Origin: Escherichia phage vB_EcoM_EC001
Direction: 5' to 3' (one strand)
Sequence record: MN445185.1
Length of the DNA: 64,000 nucleotides
Numbering within the stretch: the stretch's first letter is position 1; each line of letters begins with the position of its first letter. The notes under the pieces were generated by a model. That model was not told where the DNA came from. It saw nothing but the letters and a program-made list of their open reading frames with translations, and did not search any database. The position numbers were made by a program, and so were the translations under genes. Of the stretch, positions 47,321 to 57,392 are shown in pieces.

Positions 47321-49050
47321 GCATGGAAATGACAGGTAACGCCACCCACCCCAAATGGCGTTTGGGGGAGATCGGTGAAGTCCTGCGTTCACGTATGGCC
47401 GAGCGTATTGATTCTGTCAACCAGCTCAATCTGTACATGCAACGCAACGAAGCCGACCTAATCTACGGCTCTCGACTGATTCTGCAAATTGACGCGATTC
47501 TTGACGAAGTGCGTCGCGCAGGTCTGTCGAAAGATGTCGCTGTCGCTGTTGAATCTTCTCGCCCAGGTACAATTCCCGAAGCCGTTCGCAAAATCCTGAC
47601 TTCGAACTATACCCGCACGCACCAGAAAGAGACTATTGTTGCGCTCGAATCCTGGGCAAATGCAGGTAAAGTGGGATTGGTTGTGCTGATCATGACCGCG
47701 ATTATCAAAATCATCGGTTGGATTATCAGCAACGGTAACGGGTTTGCTGGTAATGGCGAATTCGATGGCGAAGGTTACGCTGAGAAAGTCGGCGAAAAAG
47801 CAGAGAGTTTCTCCCAGACCGAAAATACTATCATCGGTCAGCTGAAAATCAGCGCAGTGAAAGATGCATACATCGAAGCCTCTAAGGGTCTGAAAGGTCG
47901 TGACCTGGAAAACCTGAACTTGGCTATCGCGATGGCCGACGAAGTGTTTACGAACATGAACGCGGAAGAGTATCTGAACGACTTGAGCAGCGCGCTGGGT
48001 CGTTCGCCGTTCACTGAGTTGTTCAAAGGTTACACTAAGAAACGTCAGTCAAGCCAGCAGGTTATTCACGATCTGTTAGATACCCTGTTACAACACAACG
48101 TGACGTACGGTATCTACCCGATTGAAGTGGGTAAGAAAGCCTGGCAGGCGTTACCGAAGTCTGCTCGCGAAGCCGGTGTGCGTATTCCGAACCTGTTGAA
48201 CTTCCATCAGATGTCGAATGTTGCCAGCGAACTTATCGGTTACTTTGGCTCGCTCCAGAGTGCCTTTAAAGCGATGATTGACCCAAGCGTCGCCGAAGGT
48301 TTTAAGAATCAGCAAGGTTCAACCACCACGCACAACGGTAAGCAGGTTAACAAAGCAGCACACGACACCGCGCTTATTTTCGGTCAGGCGTTAGCGCAGC
48401 TGAACACCACGATGAACTTCATCATCAGCGACGTTTCCCGCAAAGGATTCGAATACGCCACTGCACCTTTGGTCGTTATCCCAGAAAACAAAGTTCGTGG
48501 TTTAGTGGGTTATGATGATGGTGTGGACTTCGTGCCTGGTAAGGTATTGGTCAACGCACAAGCATCTGCGTTCTTGGGACGCGAGTGCTTAGAGCAAATG
48601 CGCCAGGCAGGCACGTTATCGGTTGGTGACGAACGTGAGTTGCTGGCTGTAGTGGTAACGTTAGGTAAACAAGGCTTTACCAACGACACCGCTGCGACTA
48701 ACCTGAATCGTTACAGTGCGCTGGATAAGGCGGTTAACAACACGATTAAAGTGTTGGAGCAGTTCCAGAAAGCAACCAAGGATAACGTTGAATACGTTAA
48801 CCTGATTAGCGAAGTCATCATGAATGAGCTTAATCAGCCTTCTGGCCTGCGTACCGATGGTCGTGAACTCTCGATGGTGTTATTCTCCCCAGACGGGGAT
48901 GAAGACCTCTTCGTCGGCTTGCGACGTAACCTGTCGTTGGTGCGTCGTTGTTGCAGTGCTGCCGCTACATTGCAGACGATACTGAACCTGGCCAAACGTA
49001 ACCCGTTGGTGAAAGGCAATAATCGCAAAAACATGCTTGACGGCGAATAA
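47317..49050 (+). CDS. hypothetical protein with one predicted transmembrane helix
   Basis: 577-aa ORF; hydrophobic stretch GLVVLIMTAIIKIIGWII. Confidence 0.55.
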   Translation: MSMEMTGNATHPKWRLGEIGEVLRSRMAERIDSVNQLNLYMQRNEADLIYGSRLILQIDAILDEVRRAGLSKDVAVAVESSRPGTIPEAVRKILTSNYTRTHQKETIVALESWANAGKVGLVVLIMTAIIKIIGWIISNGNGFAGNGEFDGEGYAEKVGEKAESFSQTENTIIGQLKISAVKDAYIEASKGLKGRDLENLNLAIAMADEVFTNMNAEEYLNDLSSALGRSPFTELFKGYTKKRQSSQQVIHDLLDTLLQHNVTYGIYPIEVGKKAWQALPKSAREAGVRIPNLLNFHQMSNVASELIGYFGSLQSAFKAMIDPSVAEGFKNQQGSTTTHNGKQVNKAAHDTALIFGQALAQLNTTMNFIISDVSRKGFEYATAPLVVIPENKVRGLVGYDDGVDFVPGKVLVNAQASAFLGRECLEQMRQAGTLSVGDERELLAVVVTLGKQGFTNDTAATNLNRYSALDKAVNNTIKVLEQFQKATKDNVEYVNLISEVIMNELNQPSGLRTDGRELSMVLFSPDGDEDLFVGLRRNLSLVRRCCSAAATLQTILNLAKRNPLVKGNNRKNMLDGE

Positions 49051-49057
49051 AATAAAA

Positions 49058-49096
49058 GGCTACCCTCTCCTTCGGGAGAGGGTAGTGCTTTTTTTA
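49058..49096. terminator. bidirectional intrinsic terminator (ggctaccctctccttcgggagagggtag plus T-run)
   Basis: Between convergent genes 47317..49050 (+) and 49094..52054 (-). Confidence 0.55.
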
Positions 49097-52054
49097 TTCT
49101 TTTTCGGTATCGTGACGGTTGTACGACAGTACGATGTCATCTTTCAAACCGATGTCGCCATTGGCTTCAATATCGAGCTTCTTACCAATTGTAGCTCGCG
49201 CTGCTTCGGTAATGACAGTGAACAGCCGCAGGTCTTTATCTGGCCCCATATCGTCGAGTTCAACACCGATAATGGCATCGTTAAGCGTATTGCGTAACGC
49301 ATTACCGATCTCGGTTGCTGAAACGGTCAGATGTGTTGACAGATAGTCGTTAATGACTTGCGAAGTCCGTTTCCGGATTTGTGCCAGAAGCTCGCTGTTT
49401 GCACGGTTCGCTGCAGTGAGGTAATATTTGACAGTGAACTGGTTTTCAGCAGGCAACGGTGACACAACCCCGTCTTCGGTACGTACGTCGATATAACCCA
49501 TCGTGGTGATAGGAACAAAGAAGCCTTCAGTTTGCTCCAACAGCAGCGGTTTCAGATTAGGCAGTACCACCGTAACATAGTTGATGATGTTGTCAATTAC
49601 GCTATCAAGGTACGTTTTAACCGCCTTCGAGGTTGCGAACTTATAACGGGCATCAAAGACAGCCATTTCACTACGGAACTTAATACTGCGCGGTTTCGCA
49701 ATAATAGGCTGACCGTTCCCGTCGAAGATTTGCTCCCCAACGTGGTGTGCGATTTCTTGTTCACCGGTGGCCGGGTCTATTTTCGGATCGCCTTTACGAT
49801 GCAGGTACGTGATTTGCAACGGTGGAACAGCATTAGGGTCGTACGTATACTCAGGCGTTACACCGTCGTCTTTGGTTTTAATAACATCCTTTTCCCAATA
49901 CGCCAGAACGTCCTTCTGGTAGTATTCGTAGTTTATGCTGTCCGTTACTGCACGTGCTTTTCGCCAGTAATAGGACATGGCTTTACCCAGCTCGATTTTG
50001 AAAATCTCATGAGTAATCCCAATACCATCGCGCGCAGGTGGTACAATCATTGTATCCATTTCAGCGCGTTCGTAATTACCGGGGTAGTAACCCGTACAGC
50101 CGTAGAACACGTTATACTCGGTTAACAACGGTACCGGAGTATCCACGTCCGCTTCGGTGGTGATTCGGGTGTTGTTGATAATCAGCTCATCGTTACGGTC
50201 AACATCGAGATTGGTTTTCAACAAGAATTCCCATACACGCTCCGAACCTTGACGACCCACTAAGGTGCCGTTGATGTACGCCAACTTACCGTCTGCGTTA
50301 CGCGGCGAGAAGGAAATCTGCGCAAAGACTTGGTCATCACTTAACGCCTGGTACGGCGGTTCTGACTTAGTCACAGTGCGCAGGATATAACCTTCGCTCG
50401 TTTTCTCAATCTGATAATCTGCAGTGACAACACTCAGCTCCGTTGTCACGTTGGTGCTAACGAAACGTTTTGAGTTCAACTGCGGTTTATCGAGTTGGTA
50501 AATACGAACATCGCAAGATTTGTTGTTAATGTCCACCACGTAATGGAACGGCGTGAACAGGTAACGGTTAGTGTTACCCGCGTTAACCAAATCTTCTTTA
50601 CGCATGGTCTTCGCAAGAATGGTCATCTCCGCATCGATTTGCAGACTGGTATCCGTAAAGCGATACAGCGTATCTGGCTCAATTGTCAAACGGTTGCCGT
50701 TAATACGGACCGTCGGCAGTTTCACCAGTTCATCCCAGCTAAAGTACAGCGGGGCGGTGATGGTCCCGATAGGGGAACTCACTTTAGATAACGTGGATTC
50801 CGGCATCGGCGCGGTCAGGAAGTAAGTACGCCCAGTTACGTAATCGTTCGGCTTAGACAAGGTCAGGCCGTAATCCGATACCGTGGCTTCTAACTGCTTC
50901 TCTGTTACTGGCAGTTTGCGAATCCCCACTGCATTGTTTACCACACGGTCACGCAACTCATCAAACGAAAGTTGTGTACGCCCCCCAGTGGCGTAACTGC
51001 CTTCTTCCGCAACCAACATTTTGATGGAGAATGATTTCAACGGGTTGATGTATCCCGCATCGTATTCACCGTTCAAGTCTCGCAATGAGAAGGTGTACTC
51101 GTCCGCCGGAAATGCAGAAACGTCGAGGTCGAGTGGGCCGATGGTCGTATATACGTCCATGCGGATTTCACCACTTACCAGGTTCTTCGCCATGTAGATA
51201 GACGGTATCGTACAGCGAATGGACTGGTTAACGACTTGAATCAGCGCCGTAGGTGTGTTTGGATCGTAAACGTCACGACTGTGCGTGTGGTGGATTTCTG
51301 TCCAGGTGTTTGAATTGGACGGTTTATTCCACACCCGTGCGTAGAAGAACTTGTTGGTGAACGTGCGCGTCATCACAAACGTGTTCTGCCCCAACAACGT
51401 ATCGTTCTCGTCCTTTACACTGTACTGCATCACCGGAATACGGATAGCCAGTATCTGCGACGGTGTGCTAGGAACACTTGTCAGTTCCCAGTCCAACGCG
51501 TTAGTGGTTACGGGCGATATCGGTGACTGGGTTTCGGTAATCCACAAGACCTGGAAGGCTGGATTATCAACGGTACCATACGGCAGCACTCGAATTTCGA
51601 TGGGATACTGAATGGCAAAGTTGTAACCTGAAACAGTAAAGACGGTATCCCGTGGAATCACGACTTTACGAATACCTGCCACGTTTAACGGCATCGCCTT
51701 CGCTAATAGAGAGTCGACATCTAGAAGCAGCAGTAAGGTCGCTTGTGATGGCTGGGCAAAAACATCGACATAATCCACGTCAGACATGTGGCGGAACAGA
51801 TCATCGTGAGTTTGTGCCATAGAGGGGAACATTTTCGGAATGGTGTCCCGATCGCCCTGGATAATCGTGTGGCCCATCGTAATTCCGACTTCGGTCATGT
51901 AGACCACCGGGTCGGTCGGGTCACGTAGCAGGATTTGCCCGTCGGCGTCCTGCACGTCTTGGAGCTGGTTCAGCATTAATGACTGCATTGCTGATGGGTT
52001 ATGTGCCATCAGCAGCAAGTCTTTCGATAATGCGTCGTACGTTTTCGTAGTCAT
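49094..52054 (-). CDS. large hypothetical protein (986 aa), possibly virion structural
   Basis: Long ORF with upstream gene 52054..53316 overlapping at its start; no enzymatic motif seen; structural role is a guess from size and context. Confidence 0.6.
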   Translation of the reverse strand: MTTKTYDALSKDLLLMAHNPSAMQSLMLNQLQDVQDADGQILLRDPTDPVVYMTEVGITMGHTIIQGDRDTIPKMFPSMAQTHDDLFRHMSDVDYVDVFAQPSQATLLLLLDVDSLLAKAMPLNVAGIRKVVIPRDTVFTVSGYNFAIQYPIEIRVLPYGTVDNPAFQVLWITETQSPISPVTTNALDWELTSVPSTPSQILAIRIPVMQYSVKDENDTLLGQNTFVMTRTFTNKFFYARVWNKPSNSNTWTEIHHTHSRDVYDPNTPTALIQVVNQSIRCTIPSIYMAKNLVSGEIRMDVYTTIGPLDLDVSAFPADEYTFSLRDLNGEYDAGYINPLKSFSIKMLVAEEGSYATGGRTQLSFDELRDRVVNNAVGIRKLPVTEKQLEATVSDYGLTLSKPNDYVTGRTYFLTAPMPESTLSKVSSPIGTITAPLYFSWDELVKLPTVRINGNRLTIEPDTLYRFTDTSLQIDAEMTILAKTMRKEDLVNAGNTNRYLFTPFHYVVDINNKSCDVRIYQLDKPQLNSKRFVSTNVTTELSVVTADYQIEKTSEGYILRTVTKSEPPYQALSDDQVFAQISFSPRNADGKLAYINGTLVGRQGSERVWEFLLKTNLDVDRNDELIINNTRITTEADVDTPVPLLTEYNVFYGCTGYYPGNYERAEMDTMIVPPARDGIGITHEIFKIELGKAMSYYWRKARAVTDSINYEYYQKDVLAYWEKDVIKTKDDGVTPEYTYDPNAVPPLQITYLHRKGDPKIDPATGEQEIAHHVGEQIFDGNGQPIIAKPRSIKFRSEMAVFDARYKFATSKAVKTYLDSVIDNIINYVTVVLPNLKPLLLEQTEGFFVPITTMGYIDVRTEDGVVSPLPAENQFTVKYYLTAANRANSELLAQIRKRTSQVINDYLSTHLTVSATEIGNALRNTLNDAIIGVELDDMGPDKDLRLFTVITEAARATIGKKLDIEANGDIGLKDDIVLSYNRHDTEKE

Positions 52055-53316
52055 TACAGTAAGCCCGCTCGTTTAAGGATGAATTGGTAATCTGCCTGAT
52101 AAACATACCAGGTCAGTTTACGACGCAGGGAGTCGATGTGCGGATAGCCGTAGTAGTTGAACAGCGGTAGTAGCTGTGGTGCAATCGGCACAAGCTGGTC
52201 TTCAGCAATCGGGATAAAGTTGCCCGCTGCAACACTCCCTGGTTGCGGCATCATATCCGGGTTAAACATAGACACCGTCAAGTTGAACATCTCCATGTAC
52301 AATGGGTCATCGAAGCGCGCCCCGATGCATTGCCAGTTGAGGTTAATTGTGGTGTCGTCATTTAATTGAGGCTTGGTGTTATCGACATTCGCCATTTGAC
52401 CGGCGTTATCGTTCATCGGCCAACAAACACACGCTGTCCAGAAACGGGTAATGTTTCCGAGCGCGTCGTATTTAAACCCGTACATCCTTGACTGGTAGTC
52501 GATACGACGTTGGATGGAGTTACGCATCTTCGGTTTGAACTTACCCATTTTAATGCCGGACATATACTCCAGCCACACGCCCATCATTCGCATGATTGGG
52601 TTGCCGTATGGGTTGTTCAGCGACATCGACATGCTGTACTGGTTATTGATTTCATGTGTGGAGTCAACCATACCCCATTGTTCGCGCATTAAACCTTCTT
52701 CAGACATCCAGTTATCGACAGACTGGTCAGGCATCCCCGAGAGGCTCAGCATCTGCGTACTCAGCAATGGTATGAATGCCTGAAGATTGTCAAACATAAT
52801 GTCCTTCATGAATGGCGTGCCCAAACGGTTCTTTCTTCGCCCATCTTCCATCGGTGAATCAGAGAACCCCAATTCAAAATCTGGGTCTAACGCTGCCAGA
52901 ATGGAATAGTCGAGTGACGATTTCGGCTGAGAAGCCATGTTCGACATCTTGCGCGAGTTGGCAATGTTGTCAAAGCACAAGTTGAAGTCAGGGCGGGTAA
53001 TGAAGGTTAGGCCACCGTACTCACGGTTAACAGGCGTCGGGTTCGACGCCATCATATGGTTGAACCCCATGTAGGGGTTGGTCACACGCTGCGCAGCCAG
53101 ACCCAAACCTAACGTAAGACGGATACGGTCATTCCAACCCGATAACTCATCATTAACGTTGTACGCCGTGGTGGGTTTCGCATCGGACAGTCGACGGTCA
53201 AAGTAGTCGGCGACCGATGGTACTGCATCGATATTATTCGGGTTTTGATACGAATTGTCGTAGTCGGTATTCGGGTCATACCCCGGATCGTTCTTATCGG
53301 TCTCGTTACTCATCAT
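52054..53316 (-). CDS. hypothetical protein (420 aa), possibly virion structural
   Basis: Minus-strand ORF co-oriented with 49094..52054; start 22 nt from divergent + gene 53339. Confidence 0.6.
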   Translation of the reverse strand: MMSNETDKNDPGYDPNTDYDNSYQNPNNIDAVPSVADYFDRRLSDAKPTTAYNVNDELSGWNDRIRLTLGLGLAAQRVTNPYMGFNHMMASNPTPVNREYGGLTFITRPDFNLCFDNIANSRKMSNMASQPKSSLDYSILAALDPDFELGFSDSPMEDGRRKNRLGTPFMKDIMFDNLQAFIPLLSTQMLSLSGMPDQSVDNWMSEEGLMREQWGMVDSTHEINNQYSMSMSLNNPYGNPIMRMMGVWLEYMSGIKMGKFKPKMRNSIQRRIDYQSRMYGFKYDALGNITRFWTACVCWPMNDNAGQMANVDNTKPQLNDDTTINLNWQCIGARFDDPLYMEMFNLTVSMFNPDMMPQPGSVAAGNFIPIAEDQLVPIAPQLLPLFNYYGYPHIDSLRRKLTWYVYQADYQFILKRAGLL

Positions 53317-53338
53317 TAACTCCGGAGTTTAGTTAAAA

Positions 53339-54457
53339 ATGGCAGAAAAAACATTTGAGACATCGCTCGTCTCCTTTCTTTCTAAGTTTCCCATGCTGCT
53401 TCGCCAGCGGGCGGAATCGACGGAAGAATTCAACTCTGTGCTGTACAACGAGCACACCACGCTGGTTGAACAAAGTCTGTTGGGCTTAGATTACCTGCCA
53501 GGTATTCTGGAGAAAATCCAAATCCTGCTCGCGGGCAACCAACTTACCGCCATCTCAATTCTGGTAGGTGTTCCTGAGGTTGATATCCTTGGTACGCTTG
53601 ACCAGGTTAGCACCCGTCGTAATGCCCTCGATGCGGCTGCACGTTCGGGTTCTCGCTTAGCGTCTTTCGCAATCGGCGAGTCCTCCCGTCACACGCTGCC
53701 GTCATACGATAAAATCGGGCTTGCGGTCGGTGAATCCCGTCGCCAGAAATCCGATAACAAAGTAGCGACTGAATCATCCGCAGGTTCTGTGCTGCCGAAC
53801 AACACGCTGAAGCTCCTGCACGATCAGGAAGGTCTGTCCAACGGTAAAGTGTTCTCTGTTACCTTCGAACGCGACGGTAATAAAGTCGAGCTGCCGATGC
53901 GTCTGCGTCTTGATGTGAAGTCTCTGCCAACCGATGAAATGAAGACGCTGATTGCGTTCAGCGATCAAACCAAAACCTTCTGGGAACGTGTGCTGCGGGC
54001 GAAGGTCGGTTCTCTCAGCTACGCGAAAGATATCGCGCTGTGTAATGACCTCATTGAAGAATACCGTAAGAACCGCTTCCGTGATAAGTCCGGTTATTAC
54101 CGTAAGATGATGGAAAAGAAAAACGCCAACTGGCTGTCTGGCCTGCTGACGCTGAGCCCATCCATCAACAACGCGTCTTCGGTTATGGTGGTTTCTCAAG
54201 AAACTATCGACGATCTGACTGCTCAGCTGGGCGGAGACTTCGATGATTACAATATCCGCCAGCGTGTGTTCAAAGACACCCTGACTGTTTACTACGTGGT
54301 TGTCGACCAGACCTGGAACCGTGTAACCATTTATACGCGTGGTCAGACCGGGTCTCAGGAACTCGACAAATCAGACTTTAGCAAGGCGAAGTCCGGTAGC
54401 GGCGATGTAAACAAAATCATCGATGCCTATCGCGTCGGCGCGAATCCGGTACTGTAA
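53339..54457 (+). CDS. hypothetical protein (host-like codon usage)
   Basis: 372-aa ORF biased to ctg/ccg/cgt codons. Confidence 0.65.
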   Translation: MAEKTFETSLVSFLSKFPMLLRQRAESTEEFNSVLYNEHTTLVEQSLLGLDYLPGILEKIQILLAGNQLTAISILVGVPEVDILGTLDQVSTRRNALDAAARSGSRLASFAIGESSRHTLPSYDKIGLAVGESRRQKSDNKVATESSAGSVLPNNTLKLLHDQEGLSNGKVFSVTFERDGNKVELPMRLRLDVKSLPTDEMKTLIAFSDQTKTFWERVLRAKVGSLSYAKDIALCNDLIEEYRKNRFRDKSGYYRKMMEKKNANWLSGLLTLSPSINNASSVMVVSQETIDDLTAQLGGDFDDYNIRQRVFKDTLTVYYVVVDQTWNRVTIYTRGQTGSQELDKSDFSKAKSGSGDVNKIIDAYRVGANPVL

Positions 54458-54467
54458 GGGGAAAAGA

Positions 54468-55400
54468 ATGCCGATTCCGAATATGTTGGCGATGTTGCTG
54501 CCGAGCTTCGAAGCCACCAACTTAAAAAATCAACTGTCATCTAACTGCGACTCGATTGCTGCGTTAGAGCCACAGTTCCAGAACCTCCAGGAACTGGTAG
54601 GAAGTATCCAGGGTAAGCCATTTAAAGCGAAGCCTGTTGCAGACCTTTCTACTGAAATCGTTAAGTACCTGCATAGCTCCGGTTTGGAAGTTAAAGGGTT
54701 ACGTAACGCAAGTATGCTGGAGTACGTCATCGCGTCTATGCAGAACGTACAGGCGCTGCGACCTTTCCTGGAGCAGTGTATCGACCGTGACATCGGGAAA
54801 ACGTTGGTGACATCATCTCTAACGTTCAACAAACAAACCGTGTTGCAGTTGCTGGATATGATCGAATTCTTCGTCGGTTACGCTAGCACCCTGATTAACT
54901 ACATCACGGCCGAAGAGATTGCCGCTGTACAAGACTCGAACATTGCAGTGAAGGGAATCGGTCCGAAAGACCTTCAGTATCTGCAAACCCGTAAGACGTC
55001 TTTCTGTATTGCGGTGCGCGTCCTGGCAACCCCCATTACCAAACTGAAAGCAGACTACGCTGAGATACCCGAAGCGGTGTTTGACGAAGAGACATATAGC
55101 CAATTGGTTCAGCAGTTCGGTTCGAACACCACTGACCCGCTGGGTATGTCCTCCGTTCCGTTCCCGCTGTCGATCGTCTACCGCGTGCGTCTGAATATTG
55201 CAGAATGGCAAATGGATCGTTATGACGAGTGCGTGGAAGCCGCGAAAGCGACTGAGCTGCGTATTCTGTTGTACAAGAAACAACAGGCTGCCGGTGAAGG
55301 GGACGTGCACATTGAGAAACTCATCGAAGCACACGAAAAGCGCTTGATGGAACTCAAGTACAAACGTGAACGTCTGGAGAAAAAATACGGTCTGGTCTAA
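54468..55400 (+). CDS. hypothetical protein
   Basis: Internal ATG (MPIPNML) of track ORF 54423..55400 with GGGGAAAAGA RBS. Confidence 0.55.
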   Translation: MPIPNMLAMLLPSFEATNLKNQLSSNCDSIAALEPQFQNLQELVGSIQGKPFKAKPVADLSTEIVKYLHSSGLEVKGLRNASMLEYVIASMQNVQALRPFLEQCIDRDIGKTLVTSSLTFNKQTVLQLLDMIEFFVGYASTLINYITAEEIAAVQDSNIAVKGIGPKDLQYLQTRKTSFCIAVRVLATPITKLKADYAEIPEAVFDEETYSQLVQQFGSNTTDPLGMSSVPFPLSIVYRVRLNIAEWQMDRYDECVEAAKATELRILLYKKQQAAGEGDVHIEKLIEAHEKRLMELKYKRERLEKKYGLV

Positions 55401-55423
55401 GACCGTATTATCAGGAGAGTCTC

Positions 55424-55981
55424 ATGTTTGACAATGACCAGAATTTTAACCTCGCCGAGAAGTTGATTAAAAACTACATGGCGAAACTGACCCAAAACCC
55501 CGTGCTGGTTCATGACGACGAACTGATACATGAAACCCTGGAAGCTGCAGCCGTTGTGCTGCCGTATTTCCGCATGATGGGCGCTGACTCTGTCCAACAA
55601 GTATTATATGACGAATATCCGCAGGTCGGTTTTACGTTTAATACGTTTTATAACGAATCTGCATCGTTCATACTTGACGGTAAACGCCGTACAGTGTCAA
55701 CAGGACAGTGGTCCGTTCTTCTGGTATCGTACATGAACGATATCCACTCTACTAAGCAAGTAGAGCGAACCGGTTCCCTGGGCTCACGACTTCTTGCTGC
55801 GGCTTACGGTCGTAGTGGGCAAGTTCGCCGTATGGGAACTGCGCATCAGACGTACACGCCTGACCGGCGTCTATTATCTTATGCAGACCACGAACTGCTG
55901 GCACGTTGGTTGACACGTCCGAACGGGTTATCCGATATGATCTCGTCGTTAGCAGTGTTTTTAAAAATCGCACGTCCCTAA
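55424..55981 (+). CDS. hypothetical protein
   Basis: 185-aa ORF with AGGAGAG RBS. Confidence 0.5.
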   Translation: MFDNDQNFNLAEKLIKNYMAKLTQNPVLVHDDELIHETLEAAAVVLPYFRMMGADSVQQVLYDEYPQVGFTFNTFYNESASFILDGKRRTVSTGQWSVLLVSYMNDIHSTKQVERTGSLGSRLLAAAYGRSGQVRRMGTAHQTYTPDRRLLSYADHELLARWLTRPNGLSDMISSLAVFLKIARP

Positions 55982-56037
55982 GGGGGCCCCTTATCTAGGG
56001 GCGTGTAATTGGGTTATAACCAAAGGAACCGAAACAA

Positions 56038-57315
56038 ATGGCAAACTTTGTAAAAAGTAAACTCGCCCGCGAGTCCGTTGAAGCTACCGGCGACGTAATC
56101 GACGGTCTGAGCAACGTTGAACCGGCAGAAGAGAACATCGACGTTCAGCTGGCAGAAGTTGCGTCTATCGACGGTCAGCTGGAACAGCTCGATGGTGACC
56201 AGGAAACCCTGGCTGCTGATACCGAGCGTACCGAAGCTGCTATCGACGCTGCTGACGAAAAAATCGAAAACGGTGAAGAGATGCCTGAAGAAGCCATCGC
56301 TCACACCGAAGTGGCGCAGGAATCTATCCGTAAGCGTTGGGCTATCGATCGTACCAAACTGGCACGCGAATCTTATCGCCGCGGCCGTGGCATGACCAAA
56401 GCAGCTCAGGAAGGCTGGAAAGAAACCCTGAAAGATCTGTTCAAGCGCTTCGTTGAACTGTGTAAAGCAGTTATCGCGAAAGCGAAAGAGCTGAAGCTGA
56501 AATACATCAACGTTGGTAAGTCTGCACAGAAACGTGCGAAAGCTTACCAAGAGATGCTGCGTAAGCTCGGTAAGCAGAAGAAAGAAAACATCTCTGGCGG
56601 CTTTATTAGCAAACTGTCTATCGAAGGCGACTTCGATGTGGCCAACTCCATCGCTATCGCGAAAGAGCTGACCGGCGGTAAAGCGAAAGATGCTATCAAC
56701 AAGCTGTCCTCTCAGGCGGCTGACTCTGCCGTAGCGATCACCAAAACTGCAGAAGGTACTGCAACGGCTGCTAAAGGCGCCGTTGATGTTGCCCTGTTCG
56801 GTACCGCTGCTAAGAAACTGCGCACCCTGCCGCAGTTCGAAGATGGCGAAGGCGGTCAGAAAGTTCTGGCACTGCCAGGCAACGCCTATGTGCAGATCGG
56901 TAGCAAAACTCTGGCCGGCGGCCAGGAGTACACTGCGGTGGCGTTCCTGTCAACTGGCGACTCTACCGACACGAAAGAGATTGCTACCCCGGCAATTACC
57001 GCACTGGCGTCTGCAGCAACCGCTCTTGATGCGATCGGTAAAGGTTTCGAGAAAGTGCTGCAGGACTTCCGCTCCTATGACGCCGAAGTTGAGAAACTGG
57101 AGCAGGCTGCTAGCAAAGCTGCTGCTGCCCTGGATAAATCCAACGACGAAGGCGAGTGGGAAGCACTGCGTAATGCACGTACTGCAGCCGACCAGGCTGT
57201 GCGTAACTACCAGACTCTGAACCGTGCCGTGGCGCATGTTGGTAACACTGTTATCAGCGGCCTGAACGGTTACATCGGTGCTGGTATCGGCGCGTACGAA
57301 AAGTCTAAAGCTTAA
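56038..57315 (+). CDS. abundant paralog A with acidic N-terminal propeptide-like region; possibly virion or internal protein
   Basis: 425-aa ORF, host-like codon usage; first 15 aa identical to 57393..58652; shared VAQESIRKRW and C-terminal GLNGYIGAGIGAYEKSKA. Confidence 0.7.
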   Translation: MANFVKSKLARESVEATGDVIDGLSNVEPAEENIDVQLAEVASIDGQLEQLDGDQETLAADTERTEAAIDAADEKIENGEEMPEEAIAHTEVAQESIRKRWAIDRTKLARESYRRGRGMTKAAQEGWKETLKDLFKRFVELCKAVIAKAKELKLKYINVGKSAQKRAKAYQEMLRKLGKQKKENISGGFISKLSIEGDFDVANSIAIAKELTGGKAKDAINKLSSQAADSAVAITKTAEGTATAAKGAVDVALFGTAAKKLRTLPQFEDGEGGQKVLALPGNAYVQIGSKTLAGGQEYTAVAFLSTGDSTDTKEIATPAITALASAATALDAIGKGFEKVLQDFRSYDAEVEKLEQAASKAAAALDKSNDEGEWEALRNARTAADQAVRNYQTLNRAVAHVGNTVISGLNGYIGAGIGAYEKSKA

Positions 57316-57392
57316 TCCGCTTTACGTACCAAACGTCGGTTGACAAATCATTAATGGCGGTACACGGCGTACCGCCTAGAGGATAGAAAAAG

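Noticed and set aside
57316-57392. TTGACA hexamer and hairpin between the tandem paralogs as a sigma70 promoter
   Set aside because: No -10 element at correct spacing; the hairpin lacks a T-run; not enough evidence to call.
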